NCBI GenBank assembly: GCA_016861205.1
Contig: BOKX01000001.1
Location: 895,835 to 959,834, forward strand
Length of the DNA stretch: 64,000 nucleotides
Direction of reading: 5' to 3'
Source: Patescibacteria group bacterium
GTDB lineage: Bacteria; Patescibacteriota; Microgenomatia; UBA1400; PJMF01
The notes beneath the pieces were generated by a model. The model made no database searches and had not been told where the DNA came from. It saw nothing but the letters and a program-made list of their open reading frames with translations. Both the position numbers and the translations under genes were made by a program. This document shows, piece by piece, positions 36,306 to 44,518 of the stretch; within the stretch, counting starts at the first letter, position 1, and each line of letters begins with the position of its first letter.

Positions 36306-36671
36306 ATGGTTACCCCAGAAGCAATGAAATTTGAAATCACAGGTGTGTTATCACCTAAAACCCCTGAGGCGCTACCTCAGACCCCAGAAAATCTTGATGT
36401 TGCATGGGAAACTATCTACAAACCCCAGCGTCGAGTAGAGGTCATCAACTTAGTTCGTCAAAAACTGAGCCAGGCCCAGGCTAGTTTTGAACCAGTTAAG
36501 GGTTATGCCGCCGCCTACGGGGCAGCTAATCGCTTTCAACAAGATCAAGAGGTGCGGGTAATGGCTGCGTTACGTGACAACAAACTGTTTGCTCCCAACA
36601 ACGCTGGTTTACTGCGTTGGGCAGAGAGTTATTGTGGTGACTTGACCCAGTACAAGCCCTTGTTTGTTTAG
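36306..36671 (+). CDS. Hypothetical protein (121 aa)
   Basis: Intact ORF immediately downstream of radA. No motif recognised. Confidence 0.45.
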   Translation: MVTPEAMKFEITGVLSPKTPEALPQTPENLDVAWETIYKPQRRVEVINLVRQKLSQAQASFEPVKGYAAAYGAANRFQQDQEVRVMAALRDNKLFAPNNAGLLRWAESYCGDLTQYKPLFV

Positions 36672-36727
36672 TCTTTTGCTGACGGCCGACAATTTTTGTC
36701 AGTCAGGTGTCAGAAAGATGTTTCCGG

Positions 36728-36755
36728 TTGACCAGGGGATACACCCTCCTATAAT
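36728..36755 (+). promoter_or_regulatory. Consensus-like promoter (TTGACC-N16-TATAAT) for the small acidic ORF
   Basis: -35 TTGACC at 36728-36733, a 16-nt spacer, and -10 TATAAT at 36750-36755. An AAGGAG ribosome-binding site at 36803-36808 precedes the ATG at 36815. Confidence 0.45.
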
Positions 36756-36814
36756 GCGTAGCTAATACACACTTGTGGCATTTATTACAAAATGGGCCAC
36801 AGGAAGGAGCAACT

Positions 36815-36985
36815 ATGGTGGAAGTTTTAAACCCAGGTCTGGAAGTTAAGGTACAGCCAGATATTGACGACTTAAACTACCTCGCTGAGTTAATCGTAAC
36901 TGCTCACCCGGCTGTTGAAAGTATCCGCGAAACTGGCACGCATCCAGTCATGCAAGCCGAAGCTGAAGTTGCGGAAGCAGAGTAG
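36815..36985 (+). CDS. Small acidic hypothetical protein (56 aa). The ORF track's 36773 start is a TTG; the ATG at 36815 has a near-perfect ribosome-binding site.
   Basis: The sequence AAGGAGCAACTATG places the ATG at 36815. Product: MVEVLNPGLEVKVQPDIDDLNYLAELIVTAHPAVESIRETGTHPVMQAEAEVAEAE. Confidence 0.4.
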   Translation: MVEVLNPGLEVKVQPDIDDLNYLAELIVTAHPAVESIRETGTHPVMQAEAEVAEAE

Positions 36986-37007
36986 TTTTTTACTTGCAAC
37001 AAACTCA

Positions 37008-37036
37008 AGAAAAGTGAGGCTCCGGCCTCACTTTTT
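37008..37036. terminator. Bidirectional intrinsic terminator between convergent genes
   Basis: Stem GTGAGGC / GCCTCAC with loop TCCG, flanked by an A-run (GAAAAG) on the left and a T-run (TTTTT) on the right. It overlaps the stop codon of the minus-strand ATPase gene. Confidence 0.65.
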
Positions 37037-39112
37037 GGTAGCATAGCGTTCGCGACTGACTCGCAGGACTTTGTCACGGTTTGAGTTACGGTTCTTGGCC
37101 AGGGCGAGGGTCATAGCTGGGAAGGGATTTGAGATGATGTTGTCAATCGAGATCTTGTTCAAGATTTGATAACGACTCAGCGATACCAAGTCTTCTTGCG
37201 TGTATTTATCCCCATACTCCTTAGCGAACGCTTGTGCATCGTCAGCACCCATCACAAAGCTCACAATGCTGCCGCAGTTACCAAAAATGGCCTTCTGAAC
37301 TGTTTCTGGAATCTGGGCAATGTATTGATTGGCCAATGTTAAATTGAGCCGGTATTTGCGGGCTTCCGATAGGATTTTGATGAATGAGTCGGTAGCAAAG
37401 TTTTGGAACTCATCAACATAAAGGTAGAAGTCTTTGCGTTGGTCCTCGGGAATATTCACTCTGGCCATGGCAGCTAACTGAATTTTGGTGATTAACATCG
37501 CGCCCAGCAAAGTTGCATTATCTTCACCGAGTCGGCCTTGAGACAGGTTGACCAAAATGATTTTGCCCTGATTCATAGCATCCTCGATGCTGAAAGAACT
37601 CTTGGGGGCGTTGACGACGTTGCGAATCAGAGGGGAGGACACAAACTGACCAACTTTGTTCAAAATTGGGGCAATGGCCTCAGTGCGCTGCTTGTCCTGT
37701 AGCTTGTCGTACTCATTCACCCAGAAGTTTTTGAGAATGGGATCGTCTAGAGTAGAGACGATAGTATCGCGAAATTTTGGATCATTGAGTAAATCTAAAA
37801 TATCTGACAAACGGGCGCTCGGAGTTTTGAGCAATGTCAGCAGCGCATTTCGCAAAATGTACTCAAGCCTTGGTCCCCAGGAATAAGCATACAATTTTTG
37901 AAAGATCGACACGATGCCGGAGGCAATTAGCTCTCGATGGGCGACATTTTCGCCTTCAAAGAGATTAATCTTGACCGTCCGGTCAGGATCGGCCGGGTCA
38001 AAGTAGATAACGTCATTGATGCGGCGTGCTGGGATGTAGTCCAAGAGAGTCTCGACCAGGTCGCCGTGAGGGTCGATGACACACATGCCTTCGTCGTTCT
38101 TGAGGTCGTTAATGGCCATGTTGGCGAGGAGGGTGGATTTACCGGTACCAGTTTTACCAATCACATAGAGATGTCGGCGCCGATCGGCGCGCTGCAGACC
38201 ATACGCGGTCATCTGGCCCTTAAAGAGGGTGCGTGCGAAAGGATTAATTTCTCTTTTGGCCTCGGCCGACAGTTCTGAAGTCACAATTGGTAGTGTCTCG
38301 GGTGGTTCACCTAAGAGGTTTTTGCCCCAAGTTAAGTTGGGCAGATGTGCAAATCGCTTATCTGGGAAATGGTACAGCTTTGCCAAATCGAGTGCTGGTA
38401 GTGCGCGCCACTGCCACCAGTGCCCACGGCGTTCCACCACTCGGTGGCTTAGCCAGGTTTGGCCTGGGTTCCAGGCGTGCGCAACTTTGATACCAGGTGA
38501 ACCATTGGGGGTTAAACCTTCCAGAGATGCTTTGAGGTTTTCTAGTAAGAGCTTGGCTTGTTTGCCGTCTGGAGCACTGACCAACAGACGGCCTTGTGCT
38601 CGAGATTGCGTGGTGTGAGGACTGACCAGAAACTGGACAACAGCCTGATGAGTAGCGGGAATCTGACTCAAGGTGCCGACCAAGTTCAGGAGTGGATCAC
38701 TGGTGGCGGTGGGGGCTAGCTTGACGAGCCAGTCAGCCACTTGCGGCCAAGTGAAGTGGGCTGATCTGACTGCAGGTGACGATTCTTGCCCAAGTGGGGA
38801 TTCAAAAACCTGTACGATCGGATCGTACTCGAGCTCAGTAATCAAGGCTTCTGGAAAGCTGGTAGCAATCAGACCTTGAATGTAGTTTTTTAATCGAGTC
38901 GGTACCAACACCCCAAAACTAACCATTTGCCGGCTGGCGTAGATCTCCAAACTCAGTCGTTCATCTTGACCAAGCCACTCACGCCAAAACTGGTTTTTAA
39001 GGCGAGGGAGGCCAGATAGCCATTGGGTAGCTTGTTCTAAAGTATGCTCAGCAGATCTGGATGTTTTAACCTCAAGCAAGGCATGTGGCGCGCTCATACT
39101 ACTAGTATACAA
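37028..39112 (-). CDS. TrwB/TraD/VirD4-family (type IV coupling protein-like) P-loop ATPase, 694 aa, with no N-terminal TM segment
   Basis: Walker A VIGKTGTGKSTLLANM. The block that follows, GMCVIDPHGDLVETLLDYIPARRINDVIYFDPADPDRTVKINLFEG, parallels the TrwB VDPNGD...ILNPYD...WN.F arrangement. Confidence 0.65.
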   Translation of the reverse strand: MYTSSMSAPHALLEVKTSRSAEHTLEQATQWLSGLPRLKNQFWREWLGQDERLSLEIYASRQMVSFGVLVPTRLKNYIQGLIATSFPEALITELEYDPIVQVFESPLGQESSPAVRSAHFTWPQVADWLVKLAPTATSDPLLNLVGTLSQIPATHQAVVQFLVSPHTTQSRAQGRLLVSAPDGKQAKLLLENLKASLEGLTPNGSPGIKVAHAWNPGQTWLSHRVVERRGHWWQWRALPALDLAKLYHFPDKRFAHLPNLTWGKNLLGEPPETLPIVTSELSAEAKREINPFARTLFKGQMTAYGLQRADRRRHLYVIGKTGTGKSTLLANMAINDLKNDEGMCVIDPHGDLVETLLDYIPARRINDVIYFDPADPDRTVKINLFEGENVAHRELIASGIVSIFQKLYAYSWGPRLEYILRNALLTLLKTPSARLSDILDLLNDPKFRDTIVSTLDDPILKNFWVNEYDKLQDKQRTEAIAPILNKVGQFVSSPLIRNVVNAPKSSFSIEDAMNQGKIILVNLSQGRLGEDNATLLGAMLITKIQLAAMARVNIPEDQRKDFYLYVDEFQNFATDSFIKILSEARKYRLNLTLANQYIAQIPETVQKAIFGNCGSIVSFVMGADDAQAFAKEYGDKYTQEDLVSLSRYQILNKISIDNIISNPFPAMTLALAKNRNSNRDKVLRVSRERYATKK

Positions 39113-39279
39113 GAACTTCGATCGGCCGGATATGGACTAGAGGTTAGGGATTTGCAACGTTATTCACAATTCAAAACCGCGCAAATTACAATGTGGATAA
39201 TTTTACTTTAACTTGGGTGAAAGATACACATGTTTTATATATAGGACATATAAAAAATTAGATTACAATACGTTATAGG

Positions 39280-39308
39280 TTGACGAAGCCAAAACAGCTC
39301 GTTATACT
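39280..39308 (+). promoter_or_regulatory. Near-consensus sigma70 promoter (TTGACG-N17-TATACT) inside the AT-rich intergenic island
   Basis: -35 TTGACG at 39280-39285, a 17-nt spacer, and -10 TATACT at 39303-39308. It points toward a stable hairpin and a terminator, not toward a protein-coding gene. Confidence 0.45.
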
Positions 39309-39314
39309 TGATAA

Positions 39315-39433
39315 ACAAAACAACCCCGCCGTGGCGGGGTAGAGAGTAAGCCACTGGTTGATAGCCAGTAGCTTGAGACATAAAAAAAAGCATTATTATC
39401 GCTGGACAAACCACGAATAACAATGCTTTTTTT
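39315..39433 (+). ncRNA. Candidate small RNA (~120 nt), defined by promoter + internal GC hairpin + intrinsic terminator
   Basis: Downstream of the promoter are the hairpin CCCCGCCGTGGCGGGG at ~39324-39339 and a second imperfect hairpin GCCACTGG..CCAGTAGC. The terminator stem is AAGCATTATTAT / ATAACAATGCTT, followed by TTTTTTT ending at 39433. There is no ORF with a ribosome-binding site on this strand. Confidence 0.3.
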
Positions 39434-39542
39434 AGACAGTATCCATCATGTGTTAGCGAACGATGGACACTTAATGATTAGTAAGATTACAGATTAAGAA
39501 GCCGTTTGTAAACGACATCTTAATAGCTGTTCTTGATCTAAT

Positions 39543-39628
39543 CTGGATCAAAAAGGGCGTTGAGTGGAGGTTCGGCCGTTGGGCAGGCAGCCGAGCTTCC
39601 ATCCAGCGCCCCTTTTTTGGCAGATATG
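39543..39628. other. Long imperfect hairpin (~75 nt) flanked by A5 and T6 runs; a bidirectional terminator or structured RNA element
   Basis: Sequence AAAAAGGGCGTTGAGTGGAGGTTCGGCCGTTGGGCAGGCAGCCGAGCTTCCATCCAGCGCCCCTTTTTT. The inner arm TGGAGGTTCGGC pairs with GCCGAGCTTCCA (with G-U wobbles) and the outer arm GGGCG pairs with CGCCC. Confidence 0.4.
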
Positions 39629-39667
39629 AATCCTATAATATTGAAATTTGTCCGTTTATAGGGTATA

Positions 39668-40537
39668 ATGAGCACCCTAATGTCACATTTTGCCGTTTAC
39701 TCGGCTCAAATCATCCGGATTCGCTTTCCAAACCTGCGCCAACGATTATTGGGTGAGGTAGTACTTAGAGTGGTAACTGAGCCGATGTGGCCAGTTTTGC
39801 CACCTGTCCAGGCTACCAAACCAGCTGCCGTAGCAGCTTTGCCACGTTCAGTCAGCACAACCTGGCTGTCTGGCCTAGCTACATGGAAGCGGCGAGTGGG
39901 CCTGTTCCTATCTGGAATTCTCATTGTGATTGCCTTGGTTACAACCAGTTTTTGGGCAATTCCTGCCGTTTATTATCATTTTTTTCCAGCTGAGTCGGTG
40001 GCGATTGTGCCAACTGAGAGTAGTACCCCATTGGGAGGTGACTTCACGGCTGGTGCACAATCTGAACAGGTTTTAGCGAGTTACTTACCACCTCAAGATG
40101 AAACTCTGCCAGAGGGGCAGTGGATTGTGATTCCCAGAATCGGAGTTCGCACTGAGTTGCAGGCTGACGCTCAACCAGAAGAAGCCTTGGCTACCGGAGT
40201 CTGGATGGTGCCGGGATATGGCTCACCAGGCGACAAGACCCAGCCAATGATTGTGGCGGCCCACCGGTTTGGTTGGAAGTGGTGGTGGGAGAGTGACTAC
40301 TGGAAGTACCATTCTTTCTACTTGCTGCCGGATCTAGAACCAGGTGACACAGTCGAGATCATCGCAGATCAGCGCAAGTGGGTTTACGAGATTTATGCAG
40401 GCGAAGAGGGTGAGGAAATCACTGATTATCAAGCTGACTTGATTATGTATACCTGTAAGTTTTTGAACTCTCCGTTGCGACACTTCCGTTATGCCCGGCT
40501 ACTCGATCCGACCCAAGACTCCCAGAGCTTGAATTGA
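39668..40537 (+). CDS. Sortase-family transpeptidase (class E-like) with an N-terminal TM anchor
   Basis: TM helix VGLFLSGILIVIALVTTSFWAI. Catalytic-His region MIVAAHRFG. TLxTC-like Cys motif DLIMYTCKF. Conserved Arg downstream (RHFRYARL). Confidence 0.65.
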   Translation: MSTLMSHFAVYSAQIIRIRFPNLRQRLLGEVVLRVVTEPMWPVLPPVQATKPAAVAALPRSVSTTWLSGLATWKRRVGLFLSGILIVIALVTTSFWAIPAVYYHFFPAESVAIVPTESSTPLGGDFTAGAQSEQVLASYLPPQDETLPEGQWIVIPRIGVRTELQADAQPEEALATGVWMVPGYGSPGDKTQPMIVAAHRFGWKWWWESDYWKYHSFYLLPDLEPGDTVEIIADQRKWVYEIYAGEEGEEITDYQADLIMYTCKFLNSPLRHFRYARLLDPTQDSQSLN

Positions 40538-40662
40538 CGTTTGGGGGGAAGTGGGGTATACTACCCGTATCTTCAGTGTTTTTCAATTAAGTGTGAAGCA
40601 CCAATCTATATTTTCCACCTAGGCCTGTTGTAAAGAAAACACATCTGCACAGCTTTAGCTAA

Positions 40663-42180
40663 GTGGCTAGTACAAAAACAGGAGTTCGTAGGCACGTTAT
40701 GCCAACAAAATCTTCCAAACAAGCAGCCGACTTTATCGGCGAACCTCAAGTCGAGGCTGAGTTAACTGAAACCAGTCCCGCTCCAGTAACAACTTCAGAA
40801 TCCGTCCCAGAAGTCATCGTGACCGATGCTCCGGCGAACGAGGGAACAGAGCAACTGTCGGAGACCAGTCCTAAGGCTGTCAAAGACATCCCAGTTGAAC
40901 CGTTGCGACCTCGCGGCCAACGCAGTTTTCAAGGTAATGATCGACGTGGTCGGAATGGTTACCACAATGGCAATGGTCGTCGTGGCAACCATAACAATCA
41001 TGCCAATTCTTCAGCTCAAGTTGAAGAGATGGACCTGACTATAAATCGCGACACCCCCACTGTTACCATTAAAGGTATCTTAGATACCTCTCGAGATGGC
41101 CATGGTGTGTTACGAGTCTCAATGGCTGAAGATGACCGAGATGCCTACATCTCAACCTCTCAAATTCGTCGCTTTAAGTTACGTCCTGGCGACATTGTCG
41201 AAGGCCCAGGCCGCGAACCAAAAGAGAACGAACGTTATTGGGGTTTGCTCAAAGTTGACCGCATCAATGGTCAACCTGCTGAGGAAGTAATGAACAGTGA
41301 GCGAGTCAGGTTCCATCGTCTAACACCTGTTTACCCAGACTCTCAAATCAAGCTTGAGATTGGGGAAGAACCACTGTCACTGCGGATCATCGACTTAATT
41401 GCCCCAATTGGTAAAGGTCAACGAAGTTTGATCGTGTCTCCACCTAAGGCTGGTAAAACCACCTTACTGAAAGACATCGCCACTGGTATTGCAGCCAATC
41501 ACCCTGAAATTCATTTGATGGCTGTGTTAGTTGGTGAGCGGCCAGAAGAGGTGACCGACATCCGTCGACATATCGAGAAAATTACCAACGGTAAGGGTGA
41601 AACAGCTGCCAGTAACTTTGATGAGCAGCCAGAAGACCAGTGCCGAGTGGCTGAAGTTGCACTCGAGCGTGCTAAGCGCCTCGTTGAAGTTGGTCAAGAT
41701 GTGGTGATTCTGTTGGACTCAATTACTCGGTTAGCCCGAGCTTACAACTTGTCGATTCCTACCTCTGGTCGGACTCTGTCAGGTGGTTTTGATCCGGCTG
41801 CTATTCATCCAACCAAGCAGTTTTTCGGCGCCGCTCGTAACTTTGAAGTCAGTGGTTCACTGACCATCATTGGGACAGCTCTGATCGAGACTGGATCGCG
41901 AATGGACGATGTGATTTTCGAAGAGTTTAAAGGTACCGGTAACCAAGAAGTGATTCTGGATCGCCGTCTGGCTGAACGCCGTGTCTATCCAGCGATCGAT
42001 GTTCGCTCGGGAACACGTCGAGATGACCTGCTGATTGATGCTATGACCTACCAGGCGATTAGCACTTTGCACCGCATGCTTGATACCCTGGATAAGGATG
42101 AACGGAGTATCACCTTGATCAACCAACTCAAACGGACTAAGTCCAATAAAGAGTTCCTTGCCTCACTCAAAGCGGGGTAA
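40663..42180 (+). CDS. rho: Transcription termination factor Rho with an N-terminal Arg/Gly/Asn-rich insertion domain
   Basis: RNA-binding OB region ...[36 protein letters not shown]. Walker [28 protein letters not shown]. Rho-typical C-terminus. The N-terminal insertion is [34 protein letters not shown]. Confidence 0.9.
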   Translation: MASTKTGVRRHVMPTKSSKQAADFIGEPQVEAELTETSPAPVTTSESVPEVIVTDAPANEGTEQLSETSPKAVKDIPVEPLRPRGQRSFQGNDRRGRNGYHNGNGRRGNHNNHANSSAQVEEMDLTINRDTPTVTIKGILDTSRDGHGVLRVSMAEDDRDAYISTSQIRRFKLRPGDIVEGPGREPKENERYWGLLKVDRINGQPAEEVMNSERVRFHRLTPVYPDSQIKLEIGEEPLSLRIIDLIAPIGKGQRSLIVSPPKAGKTTLLKDIATGIAANHPEIHLMAVLVGERPEEVTDIRRHIEKITNGKGETAASNFDEQPEDQCRVAEVALERAKRLVEVGQDVVILLDSITRLARAYNLSIPTSGRTLSGGFDPAAIHPTKQFFGAARNFEVSGSLTIIGTALIETGSRMDDVIFEEFKGTGNQEVILDRRLAERRVYPAIDVRSGTRRDDLLIDAMTYQAISTLHRMLDTLDKDERSITLINQLKRTKSNKEFLASLKAG

Positions 42181-42200
42181 CTTCAAGGTATACTAGTACC

Positions 42201-43328
42201 ATGGCCAAGATCTCATTCCAGCTGAGTGTCCCAGGCGTGCTGGCTGATGTACCAGCGTTCGCCGGTTTTCTGCGGCACTATGTCCGGATGCGCGGTTATC
42301 GCTGGTTTTCCAAATTTGAGGTGTTTAAAGATGTGATCGTGGACTTGTTGTACAAGCAGCGCGGTCGCTATTCTCGACCATTTCTGCACTTTGGCACCAT
42401 TGGACTGGTCTTTTTTGTGATTACCTTTGGTCCATTGATCGTGTCGCAAACGAACGACGAGAAGCGGGCTGAAACACAGCGAACGATCGTAGCTGCCGCG
42501 AATGCCTACAACGAAAGCTTCACTACTACGCAAGCTGAAGGTGTTCGACAGTATCGTGGGGGTGAGATCATCACTCATGTGGTGAAAGAGGGGGAAACCT
42601 TGTCTTCAATCGCGCAACTTTACGGTTTGCAAGTGAGTACCATTGAGTGGGAGAACAACTTGACTAAGAACGCGAAGCTCAAGCCAGGCCAAGAGCTGCG
42701 TATTTTGCCGCTTGATGGTGTTCGTCACAAAGTAGCGCGAGGCGAAACTATTTACAGTATCGGTAAACGATACGGTTTGGATGAAACCCAAGTTCAGGTG
42801 ATCGTCGACTATCCTTTTAACGAGTTTTTGAATGACGAAACGTTCGAATTGGCCACTGGCCAGTATCTGATGGTGCCTGATGGTGTGAAGCCTGACGAAG
42901 CCACCACGCGACCTGTGGCTCGAGGTAACCTGAAGTTGACGCCTGATGCTGGTACCGTGACTGCGACTGGTTCATTTGTCTGGCCAGCGGCAGGGCGCAT
43001 TACTCAGGGCTATCGGTTCTATCATAAGGCTTTTGACATTGCCAACAGTGCCGGTGGTCCGATTTTGGCAGCTGACAGTGGTACGGTGATGGTAGCGGGT
43101 TGGCCAGATAACTCAGGTTATGCAAATCGGGTGGTCATCGACCACGGGAACGGTTACCAAACTCTGTACGCGCACTTGAGTGCCGTTCAAGTTACTGCGG
43201 GCCAACGCGTCAGCCGCGGATCAGTGATTGGCCAGATGGGCTGTACCGGTCGATGTACTGGTACACATTTACATTTTGAAGTTCGCCAGGGTGGGGTATT
43301 ACTTGATCCAGGATTGTTCTTGAAGTAA
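42201..43328 (+). CDS. Peptidoglycan hydrolase: TM anchor + two LysM domains + M23 (LytM-type) metallopeptidase
   Basis: LysM motifs HVVKEGETLSSIAQLYG... and HKVARGETIYSIGKRYG.... M23 motifs HxxxD (IDHGNGYQTLYAHLS) and HLHFEV. Confidence 0.85.
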   Translation: MAKISFQLSVPGVLADVPAFAGFLRHYVRMRGYRWFSKFEVFKDVIVDLLYKQRGRYSRPFLHFGTIGLVFFVITFGPLIVSQTNDEKRAETQRTIVAAANAYNESFTTTQAEGVRQYRGGEIITHVVKEGETLSSIAQLYGLQVSTIEWENNLTKNAKLKPGQELRILPLDGVRHKVARGETIYSIGKRYGLDETQVQVIVDYPFNEFLNDETFELATGQYLMVPDGVKPDEATTRPVARGNLKLTPDAGTVTATGSFVWPAAGRITQGYRFYHKAFDIANSAGGPILAADSGTVMVAGWPDNSGYANRVVIDHGNGYQTLYAHLSAVQVTAGQRVSRGSVIGQMGCTGRCTGTHLHFEVRQGGVLLDPGLFLK

Positions 43329-43335
43329 GGAAAGT

Positions 43336-44508
43336 ATGTTGGATATTGTGAAGTTACTTATCAAAGCAGGTGCGGGTGGCGATGGCCGTGTTTCGTTCCG
43401 TCGTGAGAAGTTCGTACCCAAGGGTGGGCCAGATGGTGGACACGGTGGTGACGGTGGTTCGGTTTTCATTCGTGCTAAAACTGGTTTAACCACACTCGGT
43501 GAGTACATGGGTAAAAAGGAAATTGTGGCGCGAGCCGGCCAAATGGGTGGCAAGCGTCAGCGGACAGGTGCCCAGGCCGAGTCAATCACCATGGAAGTGC
43601 CTATTGGGACCACAGTCTGGTTGTTAGCCCAAAATCAGCCGCAACCGGCCCGCAAGTACCAAGTAATCAAGGCTGGTGAGCCCTATGAGGCTGCTGAACC
43701 CAGTCAATGGCTTGATGCCAATGGTGAGTTGCTTGAAGATGTAAACGAGGTTTTATTCCAACCACTCAAGAATACTAATGTTCGCGATATACCGAAACGC
43801 GAGCTAGTGCGATTGACCGAGGATGGTCAGACTATTGAGCTAGTCCATGGTGGTAAAGGTGGGCGAGGCAACGAATCGTTTAAAGGTCCAGCTTTGACCA
43901 CCCCGTTTATTGCCGAGTACGGAGTAGAGGGTGAAGCTAAGTGTGTCATTTTGGAGTTAAAGCTGCTCGCTGATGTTGGTTTGGTTGGTTTGCCGAACGC
44001 TGGCAAGAGTACATTACTGTCAGTTTTGACTAAAGCTCGGCCAAAGATTGCCGAGTACCCATTCACCACTTTAGAGCCGCATTTGGGCGTGTTGCGCCTG
44101 GGTCAGCAGGACGAAGTGCGTGAGTTAGTTTTGGCAGATATCCCGGGTTTGATTGAAGGGGCGAGTCAGGGTAAAGGGTTGGGGTTAGAGTTTTTGCGGC
44201 ACGTTGAAAACTGTCGGACCTTACTGATGGTGCTGTATGTCCCAGATACCTTTTTGACCGATCCCGATGGGGCTGCGGCCGCGGTCTGGGAGCAGTACCA
44301 AACGGTATCTCGAGAGTTGGCAGAGTACAGTCCTGAATTGGCTGAAAAGCGACGATTTTTGATCCTCAACAAGACAGATTTATACCAAAAGACCGTTTTG
44401 GATAGTGTAGTTTCACTTTTTAAACACAAAGGTGAGACTTTGATGCCACTCAGTGGGGCCACGCAACAAGGACTGGACGAACTGAAGGTGGTGCTGAGTC
44501 AGCCGTAG
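43336..44508 (+). CDS. obg: GTPase Obg/CgtA
   Basis: Obg fold N-terminus MLDIVKLLIKAGAGGDGRVSFRREKFVPKGGPDGGHGGDGGSVF. G-domain motifs GLPNAGKSTLL, DIPGLIEGA and NKTD. Confidence 0.9.
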   Translation: MLDIVKLLIKAGAGGDGRVSFRREKFVPKGGPDGGHGGDGGSVFIRAKTGLTTLGEYMGKKEIVARAGQMGGKRQRTGAQAESITMEVPIGTTVWLLAQNQPQPARKYQVIKAGEPYEAAEPSQWLDANGELLEDVNEVLFQPLKNTNVRDIPKRELVRLTEDGQTIELVHGGKGGRGNESFKGPALTTPFIAEYGVEGEAKCVILELKLLADVGLVGLPNAGKSTLLSVLTKARPKIAEYPFTTLEPHLGVLRLGQQDEVRELVLADIPGLIEGASQGKGLGLEFLRHVENCRTLLMVLYVPDTFLTDPDGAAAAVWEQYQTVSRELAEYSPELAEKRRFLILNKTDLYQKTVLDSVVSLFKHKGETLMPLSGATQQGLDELKVVLSQP

Positions 44509-44518
44509 CAAAGATCTC

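Noticed and set aside
39235-39423. 62-aa minus-strand ORF (MLFVVCPAIIMLFFMSQ...) in the AT-rich intergenic island.
   Set aside because: The AT-rich region gives low-complexity, Ile/Phe/Tyr-rich artefactual translations. There is no ribosome-binding site, and it overlaps the predicted promoter and terminator hairpins on the other strand.
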